Positions 1 to 10,700 of a DNA stretch of 64,000 nucleotides are shown here, piece by piece. Numbering within the stretch: position 1 is the stretch's first letter; the number at the start of each line of letters is the position of its first letter. The translations under genes and the position numbers were made by a program. A model generated the notes under the pieces. The model did not search any database. It was not told where the DNA came from and saw only the letters and a program-made list of their open reading frames with translations. Where the stretch lies: NCBI GenBank assembly GCA_040357565.1, contig JBDODJ010000043.1; one strand, given 5' to 3'. This DNA is from Cercozoa sp. M6MM (taxonomy: Eukaryota > Protista > Endomyxa: Ascetosporea).

Positions 1-1925
1 ACTAACGGTTCTGTATTACTGTGCTGATGACACAATCGGCATTTCGGAGAAGCGTAAACCGCGATTTATTTGACTTTCCGGCTCTTTTACCACTGCCACC
101 CGACCTCAATCATAATGTGGTTTGCTCACAGGTTACGCCAACAGCGGAATCTCACAGGGCGCGTTCCTGAAGCGCCAAAAGGTGCCTCGCAGCGGCAACC
201 CGAACAAATCGATAAAGTGGCCCGACTTTGAGATTGGCAAGTCGGTGTGCATCTTCGGTCGTGATATCCACGTGACGAGTTGCGATAAGTTTACTCGGAG
301 CTTCTTCAGTGAGCACGGCGTGGCGCTCGCTCCAGATTCTCAAGTACCTCGCGACTCGTACAGTTACAAACTTGAAGCTGATCGCACGCACGTGCCTCCT
401 TCGCGCGAGGTGAGCGACTACATTGAAGCTAAGCTTGGTCGTCAGCCAAAGGCGACGCTTTTGCGTTGCCGTCAGTACCTAAAACACGACCGTGAAGTGT
501 TGCGTTTCTACGCAGTCTGGGACGACAAGACTCTGTTTGGCCAGAAGCACAAGTTCGCGGTTAACTACTTCCTCGCCACGGACGAAATCGAAGTTCAGAT
601 GAAGCACGAGCCAAACAGCGGCATTGGTAACAAACAGCACGAACTCTATTTGCCAGAATTTGCAAAAATATATGTTTCCCTCAAGTCACGATACGCCACA
701 CCAACTGTACGTGTAAATTTAGATCCGTTCCCAGCTTTGTTGAAGCGCACGAAGTTGCCCAAGGACACGACCGAGGCACACGCTCGCCAGGACAAGATCG
801 GCGTCGATCACGAGTTCGACAGGACGACCTTCGTGTCATACAATGATATCAAGGTCGGCGGTACTCTGACGGTATGGGGTCGCGAGCTGTTAATTGTCGG
901 GTGTGACCCGTACACCAAGGAGTGGTACATCAACAACATGGGCATGACCGAAAAGGACATGGAGGACATTCCTGTCGAGGAAGAGGTATCACTGGCACGC
1001 ATTCTAATCTAATTTACTTGAAATTGAACGCCAGGGGTCAATTATGGGTTTCTTTAGACCTACGATATTCCGCGAGCTAAAACGCCGCCTCACAACGGGT
1101 TTGGAAGTGAGGAAGATTCGCGCCGAAGCGTACACTCATTGATGCCGAAACCAGCTCGCCCAGACTACTCCAAGATGGTGCGCTACGAGAAGAAAACCCT
1201 GCGATTCTTGGCTCGCATGATCAGCAAGTTCCCAGACGACACAGAGCGACGATTCGTCATCAGCTATTTCCTTGGCGACGATACGGTAAGCATCTACGAA
1301 AAGTCGCGTCGCAACAGCGGCTATTGGGAAGGTAAGTTCCTGGAGCGCGGCAAACACAAGAACACTGACACGAGCGAGTTGCTCAAAGCCGCGGATTTCT
1401 ACGTTGGCGCTACGATCGCCGTCAACAGCTTTCGTTTCGAACTTCTTGAGGCCGATGAGGCAACTCTGCGGACGATGGAAGGTTCGTCAGTTTTTCCGTC
1501 GGTTGCCTTGTGGCCCGGGGCGGGGCCCCCCGGTGAATACTGTAAATACACATTTTGTAGGTGATGACCGAGGTCTGTTTCCGGGTAAGAAACACCTCAA
1601 TCTCGTTTGGAATTTTGCTTCGAATTCCTCCTTTTGGCTTTGTTCAGATGCCGACGCGAACGAGTTGATCCGGGTCTTGGCAAGACAGATCGATACGAAC
1701 CTTCGCCTCAGTCATCTGACTGAGACATTTCGTCAGTTTGACAAAGACAAGTCCACCTTTATCGACCAAATTGAGTTCAACGCATTGCTCGAGAAATACG
1801 GTTGGTTCCTCAATCAACAGCAAGTGCTCACATTGTTCCGCAACTTTGACACCAACCGAGACGGCACCATTGACCTGAACGAATTCTTTGCTGCTATTGA
1901 GTACCATCGCGACCGTCACAAGTAG
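1..1925 (+). CDS. EFHC1: EF-hand domain-containing protein 1 / Rib72 (DM10 repeats + C-terminal EF-hands), axonemal microtubule-inner protein; 5'-partial, multi-exon
   Basis: Three DM10-type motifs (ANSGISQGAFLKR; VLRFYAVWDD...NYFLATDEIEV...NSGIDPFPALLKR; LRFLARM...FVISYFLGDDTVSIYE...NSGYWEGKFLER). Two EF-hands (FDKDKSTFIDQIEF, FDTNRDGTIDLNEF). GT-AG introns restore the frame, including a 24-nt microexon at ~1561-1584. Stop TAG 1923-1925. Confidence 0.92.
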
Positions 1926-2201
1926 AACTGCCACGTCATCACAGTATACTCACGCTCATCCGGCCTGCCGTGCTCCCCACTGCTAGCCCTCTGAAAAATG
2001 ACTTCCGCCAGCGACTGTAGTACTCGCCTTAGTTAACGACGATGTTCGATATGTCATCATTTTGTTTTCGCAGTGATTATAAACTGAAATACTAGCTTCA
2101 TCTTATTGTTGTTTAATGATGTTAAATTGACGTTTAAACTTCTGCCGTGCTTCCTGAGTTTCCTTCGGGCTGGAAAGTGTGGTCTTTCAGTTGGCTGTGG
2201 G

Positions 2202-2554
2202 TTACGAAAGGAAGCGAGTGAGAAGCAAAAGCGACATTGTCAGCAGTGCGGACTGCATATACAACGTTGAGGCATGTGCAGTGAGTTGTGTCCAAAAAGC
2301 ACCTATCAATAATGCAATACAACAAATTGTGCTTACTCCGCGCAAAGTGCTCGCAGACGACGTCTTTGCGACGTACGGTGCATCTCGGGTTTTATCCGTT
2401 CGACGAAGACGCCATTCGCCGACCTGTCGTGAGTGTGTGTGTGTGTGTGTGTGTNNNNNNNNNNNNNNNNNNNNNNNNNNNNNNNNNNNNNNNNNNNNNN
2501 NNNNNNNNNNNNNNNNNNNNNNNNNNNNNNNNNNNNNNNNNNNNNNNNNNNNNN

Positions 2555-2599
<45 letters not shown>

Positions 2600-3794
2600 A
2601 ACAACATAAGCAAGTGAGACTGAAGAATACAGGAGGGTTTAACGAGGTGATGTCGTTGCCGGCTCGTTGCAGCATCTTGACCTATATTATCGATATGTTC
2701 GTTCAGGGTGGGCCGGGGGAGTCAACAGCCTCAGCGTACCACGCGATCGGTGCTATTCACGGGGATCGGCGAATCTGCACTCTTGAAGTTCAGACCTGCA
2801 TCCGTGCCTGCGAGCGGGGTCAAATGATGTGCGTGGGTGAGAGGAGACAATACACAAAGACAGGCGTGTCGAGAAAGAAAGCGTACCAGCATCATACTGG
2901 TACAGCGGGTCCGACATGTCAAAGTTGCGCTTGTCCATCCAGTTGCCAGAGCTATCCGTCAGGTCGGCTCCATCGATTGTAATCGACAAGAACCCTGCTC
3001 GATGCGTGGAGCACGAGGATACACAAGTCCCCAATCGCGATGAAGTACCCCTTACAGTCAGGCGAAGGCGCAATCATTGAGAAGACCGAGAGAGCGTCCT
3101 CTGCCGGTTGGTCAGGGGGTTAGTATAGAAGCGGAAGTAAATTTGTGATGTCAATTGCACGTATTGTCGGTGGTACGTTCGCGAAGACAGACGGTAAAGT
3201 CTACCCCAGCAGGGTTTGAGTCCGTGCGGAGGGGTGCGCTGTTCAACAAACACACAATTGCTCACTAAGTACAGTATCCTCGGGCTTGTCGACATCTTAC
3301 TTGTGAGCTGCCACCGTGGCATTTATTGCCTTGAGTTCGTCGACGAGTGTGCCCTGCCACCGCACTTAATGGTACATGGTCATGGAAAGCGACCTCATTG
3401 ACAGGAGACATACCGGAGCGCCTGTTTCAGACATCAATTTAATCCCTGGCGAGGCTGGCTCACCCACTCGGTACGCCCTATGTCGAGGTGTCAAACAGTG
3501 TATCAGTAAGTCACAGCGGGCAGCGTGACGTAACAAATAAAACACGGCATGAGCAAAGGTACGCGAGGTTTGGGTCGTGCACGGCAACCACAGGCGGGCT
3601 GAAATGCTCGTTGCCTGCAGAATAGTAAGTTTATAATCAGTATCGATTGAATGGGCCGAGGTCTCTCACGTGTACCCAAGCCGGGATTCTGCTGCCACTC
3701 CATGTCTGCATGCAATGAAGATATAGACCATTTCCGAAACTTGGCAAATCGAATGTATGATACCGATTTCCAACTTGTAGCACTGCGCTGACAT
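2202..3794 (-). CDS. Spondin_N (F-spondin/mindin N-terminal) domain protein with a probable C-terminal GPI signal; multi-exon, true start uncertain
   Basis: Spliced translation gives YKLEIDMEW..HFSPPVVAVH..YRVGEPASPGIKLMSETGAP..SVFSMIAPSPDWF..DGADLTDSSGNW..YDAGTDAGLNFKSADSP, which carries the hallmark Spondin_N motifs. It ends SSASTLRGSALLTMSLLLLTRFLS*. Confidence 0.85.
2430..2598. repeat. (GT)n microsatellite with 100-N assembly gap, intronic in the spondin gene
   Basis: Directly visible. Confidence 0.95.
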
Positions 3795-4283
3795 GTTTGA
3801 GTTTCACTTCAGTTCACTTCAGTTCAGTTCAGTTGAGCGGACGGAGATTATTTTTGCCACTGGCTGCTGCAGTTCTGAGTTCAACTAGCGCGTTAACACG
3901 AGAACCAAAACACCTAAGTCGAAATCCGGCGTTACGCGTTTGTACGAGCGACGGCGCTCGCAGTTACGTTATCCGAAAAGAGGGACTTTGAGTCGAACGC
4001 GAACAGTTAATCTATCACAGCTTTAATCTCGTAAACACAGGGCACCTAGAAATCGATCAGAAGGAAAACACCATCGATACCTACTACATTAAACCTTGCT
4101 TGGAGCCGGCAGCGCAATTTCCTGTTTCTGTTTCCACAAGTGTCTGTTGCACTGGCGTCCGACTGCGGGAATTCTAAGGGTCACGGGGAGCTCCCGCGCA
4201 GTGTTGTTTGCCCTTTGTGCATTTTGTCGGGCCCGTCCCACGGCCATGGCATTACCACAGCAAGCTGCCGAATTCGCCCAGTC

Positions 4284-4348
4284 TTAGAACGAACTGCCAT
4301 TGATTCGTCGGAAAGCTCGCCTGCCGGCTTAAAAATCTCCGATCCTAA
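4284..4348. repeat. Dispersed ~65-bp intergenic repeat, copy 1 (copy 2 at 57356-57419)
   Basis: ttagaacg..ccattga.tcgtcgg..agctcgc.tgccggcttaaaaatctc.ga.cctaa is shared in the same orientation, with an 18-bp identical core. Confidence 0.8.
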
Positions 4349-4835
4349 CAATTAGTGGCTCACGCCGTGACTTCCGTTCGTTTCGCGTCGAAATCCCCAG
4401 GTTTTGACCGGATCGCACGCGTACGTCGCTAGGACTGCCAGATAGCTGCGACCGTGACTGGGATTGCCAGATGGCCGCACGGTTGAGACTGATGACCGAC
4501 GACACGCGGCTCTTTCAGCACTTACTTTTTCTACAAGACAAAGGGGACGAGAGACAGCAGCGACCGAGTGACTGGGCTGAAAGGTTGGACTGGGTTCTGT
4601 TCTTTACTACCGCCCCGGCGCCAGCCGATCGGGAACAATGGGGTCTGTAATTTCTGTTACATACCGGGACTGGGTTCTCGGGATGGTGCGGTGATTGTAT
4701 TTACATTTCGTTTGCACACGTTTGGCTCAGCGCAGCCAACTTAACGTAAACTCGAACTGAAACTGAACGAAAACGCAATCAAAGAACAAAGAACGGGAAA
4801 ACAACGGTAAGCGGCGCAGCACGCTGTGTGTCACG

Positions 4836-6578
4836 CTACGCTACACGGCGTCGCAAGGGCACCTTGGTGCCGCTCGGTTGTGACAAGGCCTTCGCCGTGT
4901 CAGTAGCACTGTCGACATCGCTCGTTATGTTGCTGTTGGAGGACTGAGTCGTGTCCAGCATTACGATATCAGTCGCGTCAATCTCGTTGGCGCTGTCAGT
5001 ATTTCCATCATCTTTCGAATCGGCTGAGGTCGTGAAAGATGCATGCTTTGGTTGTGACTGCTCTGGCTTGGGTTCAACAGGTTTCTTTTGGGTTGCTTTC
5101 TGTGCTTGCTCTTGCAGTTTCAGCTTTCGCGTGGATGCAGACAATTGTGACACTGCACGAGAAGCCTGTTGACGCGATAAACCTGCGCGCACAAGCAGTG
5201 CGGTCACTGCCAAGCCCGCGTGTCGTTTCACTGAAAAAATAAATCAAAGTGAAGTAAAAACAAAAGCAACAAAGGCAGCAAAAGCAGCAAAAGGCACCAG
5301 CTTGAAAGACGCGTTTCCACAAAGGCACAGTGTTTGCAATGCCGCCGCTCGCTTCGTCCGTAGGCGTTGCCGGAGCATTGCCACCCAACACAGCCTCAAG
5401 AATGGCCACACCAAGTGCACTCAGCAGCACAGTGGCACCTTGCTTTAGCATATCGCTCTGCAAGTAGGACATGTAAATATTAGAAGAATGAGGGTAGATA
5501 AATACGGTAGGACATACAACAGATGAGATCTGCAAGAACTGCGTGTGCTGTGTGGCAGTCAACACCACTCGGCACGCAAGCAGGCTCCATCGACCTGGTT
5601 CTTCCTGTGCAAAGCCGAGCAATAAAATGAAAGGACACAGAGATTGAAGCTATCAATACACTGAAAGCACTCCAGTCGCGTGAGGTTAGTTGAGTCGACT
5701 CAAGGTAGACACCGCCTGGCGTCTTCGTCACATGCAGCGGCACATTCTTGGCCTCAGCCGCTGCGAGATGTGAAACTCTTGTACCTGCAACACTCTGGTT
5801 GTAAAGCTTGAAGAGACTCGTACCTTGGATGAGAAGTGCCAGTGCCTCGTCGATAGAGTTTTCGTCATCGTCTTCAACCTGAAGCACTTCAACAATGGCA
5901 CCAAAGATTTTAGGAAACAACAAGAGGTACATGAGTGGAAATCACGCCATCCAACATGCCGAAATACTGCTTGTTTTGCTTCCGCCTGCCCATAAAGTAG
6001 TCAACGAATACACGTTAAAAGCACAGGTGGTATACCAGAGCAGAAGATGAGCGCGCAAGTCATTCAACGCCACTGAAGGTTTCGACGGCGCAAACACTGC
6101 TGCCTGCGGTAATTTCGCTCCATAAACGTCTTGAAAAAACGAGACAGAAGACACAAGTGACCTGAGTCTGTGGCGGCCAGTTTAAGGCGCCAACGCCTTG
6201 CCCATCGGCCAAGTGGCAGGTCGCGCGGATTCTGTGCGCAGCTACAGTCAAGTGTGCAAAAGTTTGCGCACCAACAGTACGCTTGCTACCGTACCAATCC
6301 ACTTGATAGCAAGCGCAGCTACGCGATCCAATTCGGTCGAGAGTAAGGCCTCTGCGGGGACAGAAACACCTTCCTACACACGCGGACACAACGTGCTGTG
6401 TAAATGAGCGAAAAAGTGCAGCAAGTTTGAAAAAGAGGACCCCGGAAAAGGCAGAAACGGTGGCAAACTCGCTGGGCTGCATGTGCGACAAATCCGACAC
6501 ATCTGGCACTCGCGTCAGCCTTCGACCCAGGTACCAAAGAACTGCCCAGATCACCACTGGCAGGTACAAAAATCGCAT
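4836..6578 (-). CDS. Hypothetical membrane protein, multi-exon, head-to-head with RPL21
   Basis: Hydrophobic N-terminus (MRFLYLPVVIWAVLWYLG). Consecutive GT-AG introns join the ORF pieces into one frame ending in the 4836-5231 ORF. No family recognised. Confidence 0.6.
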
Positions 6579-6719
6579 CTAGGCACTGTTGTTACACTTG
6601 CACACACTTTGGCTGCTGCAGCTGGTTGAAAACGAACGCACGGAGCGCCGGGCACCAGGTAAAATCGCGCCCAATTAACGAAATACAAAAATTTGACTTC
6701 TTCTTCTAGACTTCGCACC

Positions 6720-7503
6720 ATGGGTCGCTCCAAGGTACTGCAAGCGTGCTCTAAGCCACTGTCTGGCAGGAACATGTTTTTTCCGCCGTTGCGCGATTTT
6801 TTGCCCGCGCTGGCGCAGCTCTGCTGCACTAAATGAGGTGCTCAAGGTGCACTGCACTTACGCGCTCCGTGGCCGTGTGTTTGCCCGCGTGTCTTTGGGG
6901 GTCTTGTGTCAGCGAAACACGATGCTGGTTGGATTGTGTTATGTTCTGTGTTTGTTGCCCAGGGTTACCGCGCGCAGACGCGTGATAAGTTCTCCAAGAA
7001 GACGAAGGGTCTGCCGGCCCCGGCCAAGCAGCTCACCGTACAATTTTCTTTGTCTAAGCGCGTTTTATGCGCTGTAATGTGTGTTTTGGTGCGTTTTGCA
7101 GGTCTTCAAGGTTGGCGATATCGTCGACATCAAGGTGGACCCGTCGGTGCACAAGGGCATGCCGCACCACTTCTACCATGGCCGCACGGGTCGTGTGTGG
7201 AACATCTCGCCGCGCTCGGTCGGTGTCGTTGTGCAGAAGCAGGTGAACGGTCGCTTCATCCTCAAGAAGCTCAGCATCCGCTCGGAGCACGTCCAGCACT
7301 CTGCTTCGCGTAAGGGCTTCCTTGCCCGCGTGCAGGAGAACGACGAGAAGCGTCGTGCCTACCAGCAGGCCCTTGCCAAGGGCGAGAAGGTCGAGAAGCC
7401 GCTCCTCAAGCGTCTTCCGGTCGCCCCGGCCGCCGGCTTCACGGTCCGCGCCAAGAAGGTCATCTCGGTCGCCCCGCTGCCCTTCGAGTTCGCCTTCGTC
7501 TAA
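6720..7503 (+). CDS. RPL21: 60S ribosomal protein L21 (eL21); exons 6720-6734, 6963-7037, 7102-7503
   Basis: Spliced MGRSKGYRAQTRDKFSK...VFKVGDIVDIKVDPSVHKGMPHHFYHGRTGRVWN...SIRSEHVQHS...APLPFEFAFV*, with strong GC3 codon bias. Confidence 0.97.
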
Positions 7504-7706
7504 GCTATTGTCGCCTTGTTTCCGACTAGCATAATGTGAGCGAGAACTAGAAGTCAACTACCCTTAAAAAAACTAAAACAACATGATCGTGGTGAATGCC
7601 TTGCGTTTTTTCAAATCGAAGGGGCTCGAAACAAATACAAGCAAACCGTGAATTTAGGAGTCTGCATGTATTGTGCTTAGCTTGATTTAGGACGTACCTA
7701 GCCAAG

Positions 7707-10700
7707 ATGCTAGCAGAAATAGGCGAGCGTCCAAATGACCTCGGCACGCAGCGTTTAAACCAAATTCGGCTCGAAGGTACAAGGTCGAGCACGTTGACTC
7801 CGAGAAGTTCTACGGACGGAGCTACATTCTCGCAAAAACGATGCTTGAGTGGTGGCTGAGTTTTTTCTCCTCGAGATGGAGGGTAGCCTGACATGCGTGT
7901 TTTGCCAGTAGAACTGCGGCAGGTCACTCGCTCGCAGTTCATGATGAACGTAGTAGTTTCGATGGTAGTGCTTACCGTGAACAGTTTACATTTACGGCAA
8001 ACTACGACACTTTGGCACATTGGCAGCTCATCACACTGGTGTCGGTGTCAGCTTATCTGCTGTTTCAGTGGCTTAGTGCCCGCGACGCACATGTACGTTT
8101 ATTTCTTCACCGGGGTCTTCACTCGCATCTTTGCACGATGTGTGTCTCGGGTCGTGGATATTTAGTCTGAACTGATCAAGATGTCGCTCGGTTTTCGAGA
8201 AGTTATGCGTGGTACCCAAGCTTCTTGGGTGATACAGAAACGAAACACTGCTTGCACTTCGCAGATGCCGTTGCGAAATCAATTTTTACTTCGCAGTCCG
8301 TTTCGAGCCTGTTTACTGCCAACCATCTGATATCACAGTAAACTCACTGCTACTTTGGCCACCATGTAAATGCCTTGTGTTTGCCGACGAAACTGCAGGT
8401 GCGCGCAATATAACGTTTCGGGCGTGTCAACCTGCAGCAAGTACCCTTGGCCTTAGCCAAACTTTCCGGTGCTTGCTCTATGAATGTGACAACCAACACT
8501 ACCTGCAGGGTGGACAATCTCACCTCGGTGTCGCAGTTTGCTTCCTTCGTCACGCCCTACTTGAACAAGCAACCGTAACACACACGCGCGCACACAACCA
8601 CACACAACCACACACATCCACACACAACCACACACATCCACACANNNNNNNNNNCACATCCACACACAACCACACACATCCACACACAACCACACACATC
8701 CGCACACAACCACACACATCCACACACAACCACACATCCACACACAACCACACACGTCTTTTCTACCCCAGAGCCCTAAAAGCGACCGTGTATCTACCAC
8801 GAGTGGAGCACGAGGAGGTAGTGTTGATTGTGTCTTTTTACGCGTGTGCATTGTGTCAGTGTATCTTAGAGGGCGCTGTATGAAAGCAAACTATCGAACC
8901 ATCTCAACAGCTTCACTGACTTCCTTGATAATGTAAATTGTTGGGGTAGGAATTAACGAGGAAAAAGATCCTTGTGTTCAGGAGATAGTTCGAGCAGCGA
9001 ATCGTTCGGTCTACTGGCCTATATACTACATCGAGCCTTCTGGTAAACTCCGTTAAATAGCTCTCTGGGCTCGATCAAATGTCCAAACGACAGACGCAAA
9101 TGTGGCGGCACCTGGCTTTGATCTCAGCACCGACTCCCGATTGATCGAGGCCATCTCCACCGCAGTACCATTTTCATACAGAAACTGGCTTTTGTCAAGA
9201 GGAAGAACTGAGATAATCTTCTTCTACATGTGCAGGTGAGCTCACGTCAGAGTGTGGCCTCCAAAAAGATAACGCTCGTCACCAACACCCGTACCTTCTT
9301 TGTCCTTTACGCCCCAGCTTTCTGCTTCTTTACTTTCCCTCAGCCGGCTTCATGGTCTTTGTGCCGACCGTGATTGAAAACGAGAGCGTGCAATCGCTTG
9401 CTGTGGCAGGTATTTTTACATCAATTATCGCCGGGGGGGGGGGGTATGGTACAACCCACATGGGCGCACTTTAGTCTGGGACATTGCCGAAATGCTGAGC
9501 TTACTGGAGATAAACAAAAAGTACGAGGAATGCACCTAAGGGTATAGTATTACCTATGCGTATGTTTATTTGTAAACAGGTCGATAGAGGTGTTTCTCGT
9601 GGATGAATACGAAACTGGCGAAGAAGAACTGCTGATGAAACTGTCGCTTGAAGATGGACATGTGTCAGTAAACCACAACAGAACAGATTGTATACATGTC
9701 CGAAGCTCTGGCTATTGCTCTTCGTACGTCCAGGATCTAGCCTCAGATCTGGTGCCATGTGACTCCACACAGAGCGCCGTGTTTGGAATCCGGCTTTGCA
9801 CTGAACTATCGCGTATGCGCGCCCATGTTTCCCACTGAAGCTTGAGATACCCCGGCATGTGTTTGAATTGTAGTCCAAGTTTCATCAAGAACCTGGAAAC
9901 TGCATGTGTACTACTGACGATATATTCCCCAAACCCGAATTTCGTTGCTAACTGTAGCGTCTCGCACGAAAACTACCGGCCGAGAGCTGCGCTAATCGCA
10001 TTCATTGTTATCGTAAGTTTACCTTTGCACAGTGTGTGTTTCAGTTTGTGTTTTTCATTACATGCTAGCTTTTAGATGACGTTCGGGAGTTCCATGTGCG
10101 CTGCAACCGCTCTAGTTTGTACCTTCTGTCTTGAAGTGTCGGTCAACTCGTTGAACGTATGCTGTAACTATAGTACGCTCGAATCGCTCAAGACGCAATG
10201 TTATCAACTCGACGGTTCGCGCTGCACGACACAAGATCAAAGAGAGGCACAGTGCGGAACAGAAAAAGCGCGAAATCGAACTGACGTCGTTCATGTTCCA
10301 TGAACTGAGGAATCCCTTGAACGCAGGTAAATTGGCTGTTTCTCACTAACAATTTGGTTTAATTTGCCCCAACACTCTTTACCCTTTCTGCAGTGCTGAG
10401 CTACATTGAGTGCGTACAAACTGATACAACCAAACTCGACTACGTTCTCAACTCCGAGAATGTCGTACGTCACACCATAATCAGACTCAAAAACTACAAC
10501 TCGCATGTCATATGCCACAGAAACAAGTCATGCCAGAGAAAACCTCGAAAAAAGCGACGTTCCTGTCGAAACGGATCTGCACTGACAGTACTTCGGCTTT
10601 CATTTAATGCGTCAAATATTATACCTGTCGTCTGCGCGCATTTTGTACAGCATCCGAGGCAATGACAAGTGCCATTCACACACTCGAAGTCGTCAACTCC

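Noticed and set aside
2179-2982. ORFs with VCVC/THTH runs here and at 8.5, 20.6, 44, 48, 59.8 and 62 kb
   Set aside because: These are translations of intronic dinucleotide microsatellites and N gaps.
5933-5944. In-frame TGA between ORFs 5942-6154 and 5480-5932, suggesting stop-codon reassignment
   Set aside because: Ordinary GT-AG introns on both sides put this segment in another, open frame. TAA, TAG and TGA all end genes in my models.
6735-6962. Long first RPL21 intron as a snoRNA host
   Set aside because: No convincing C/D (RTGATGA..CTGA) or H/ACA box arrangement.
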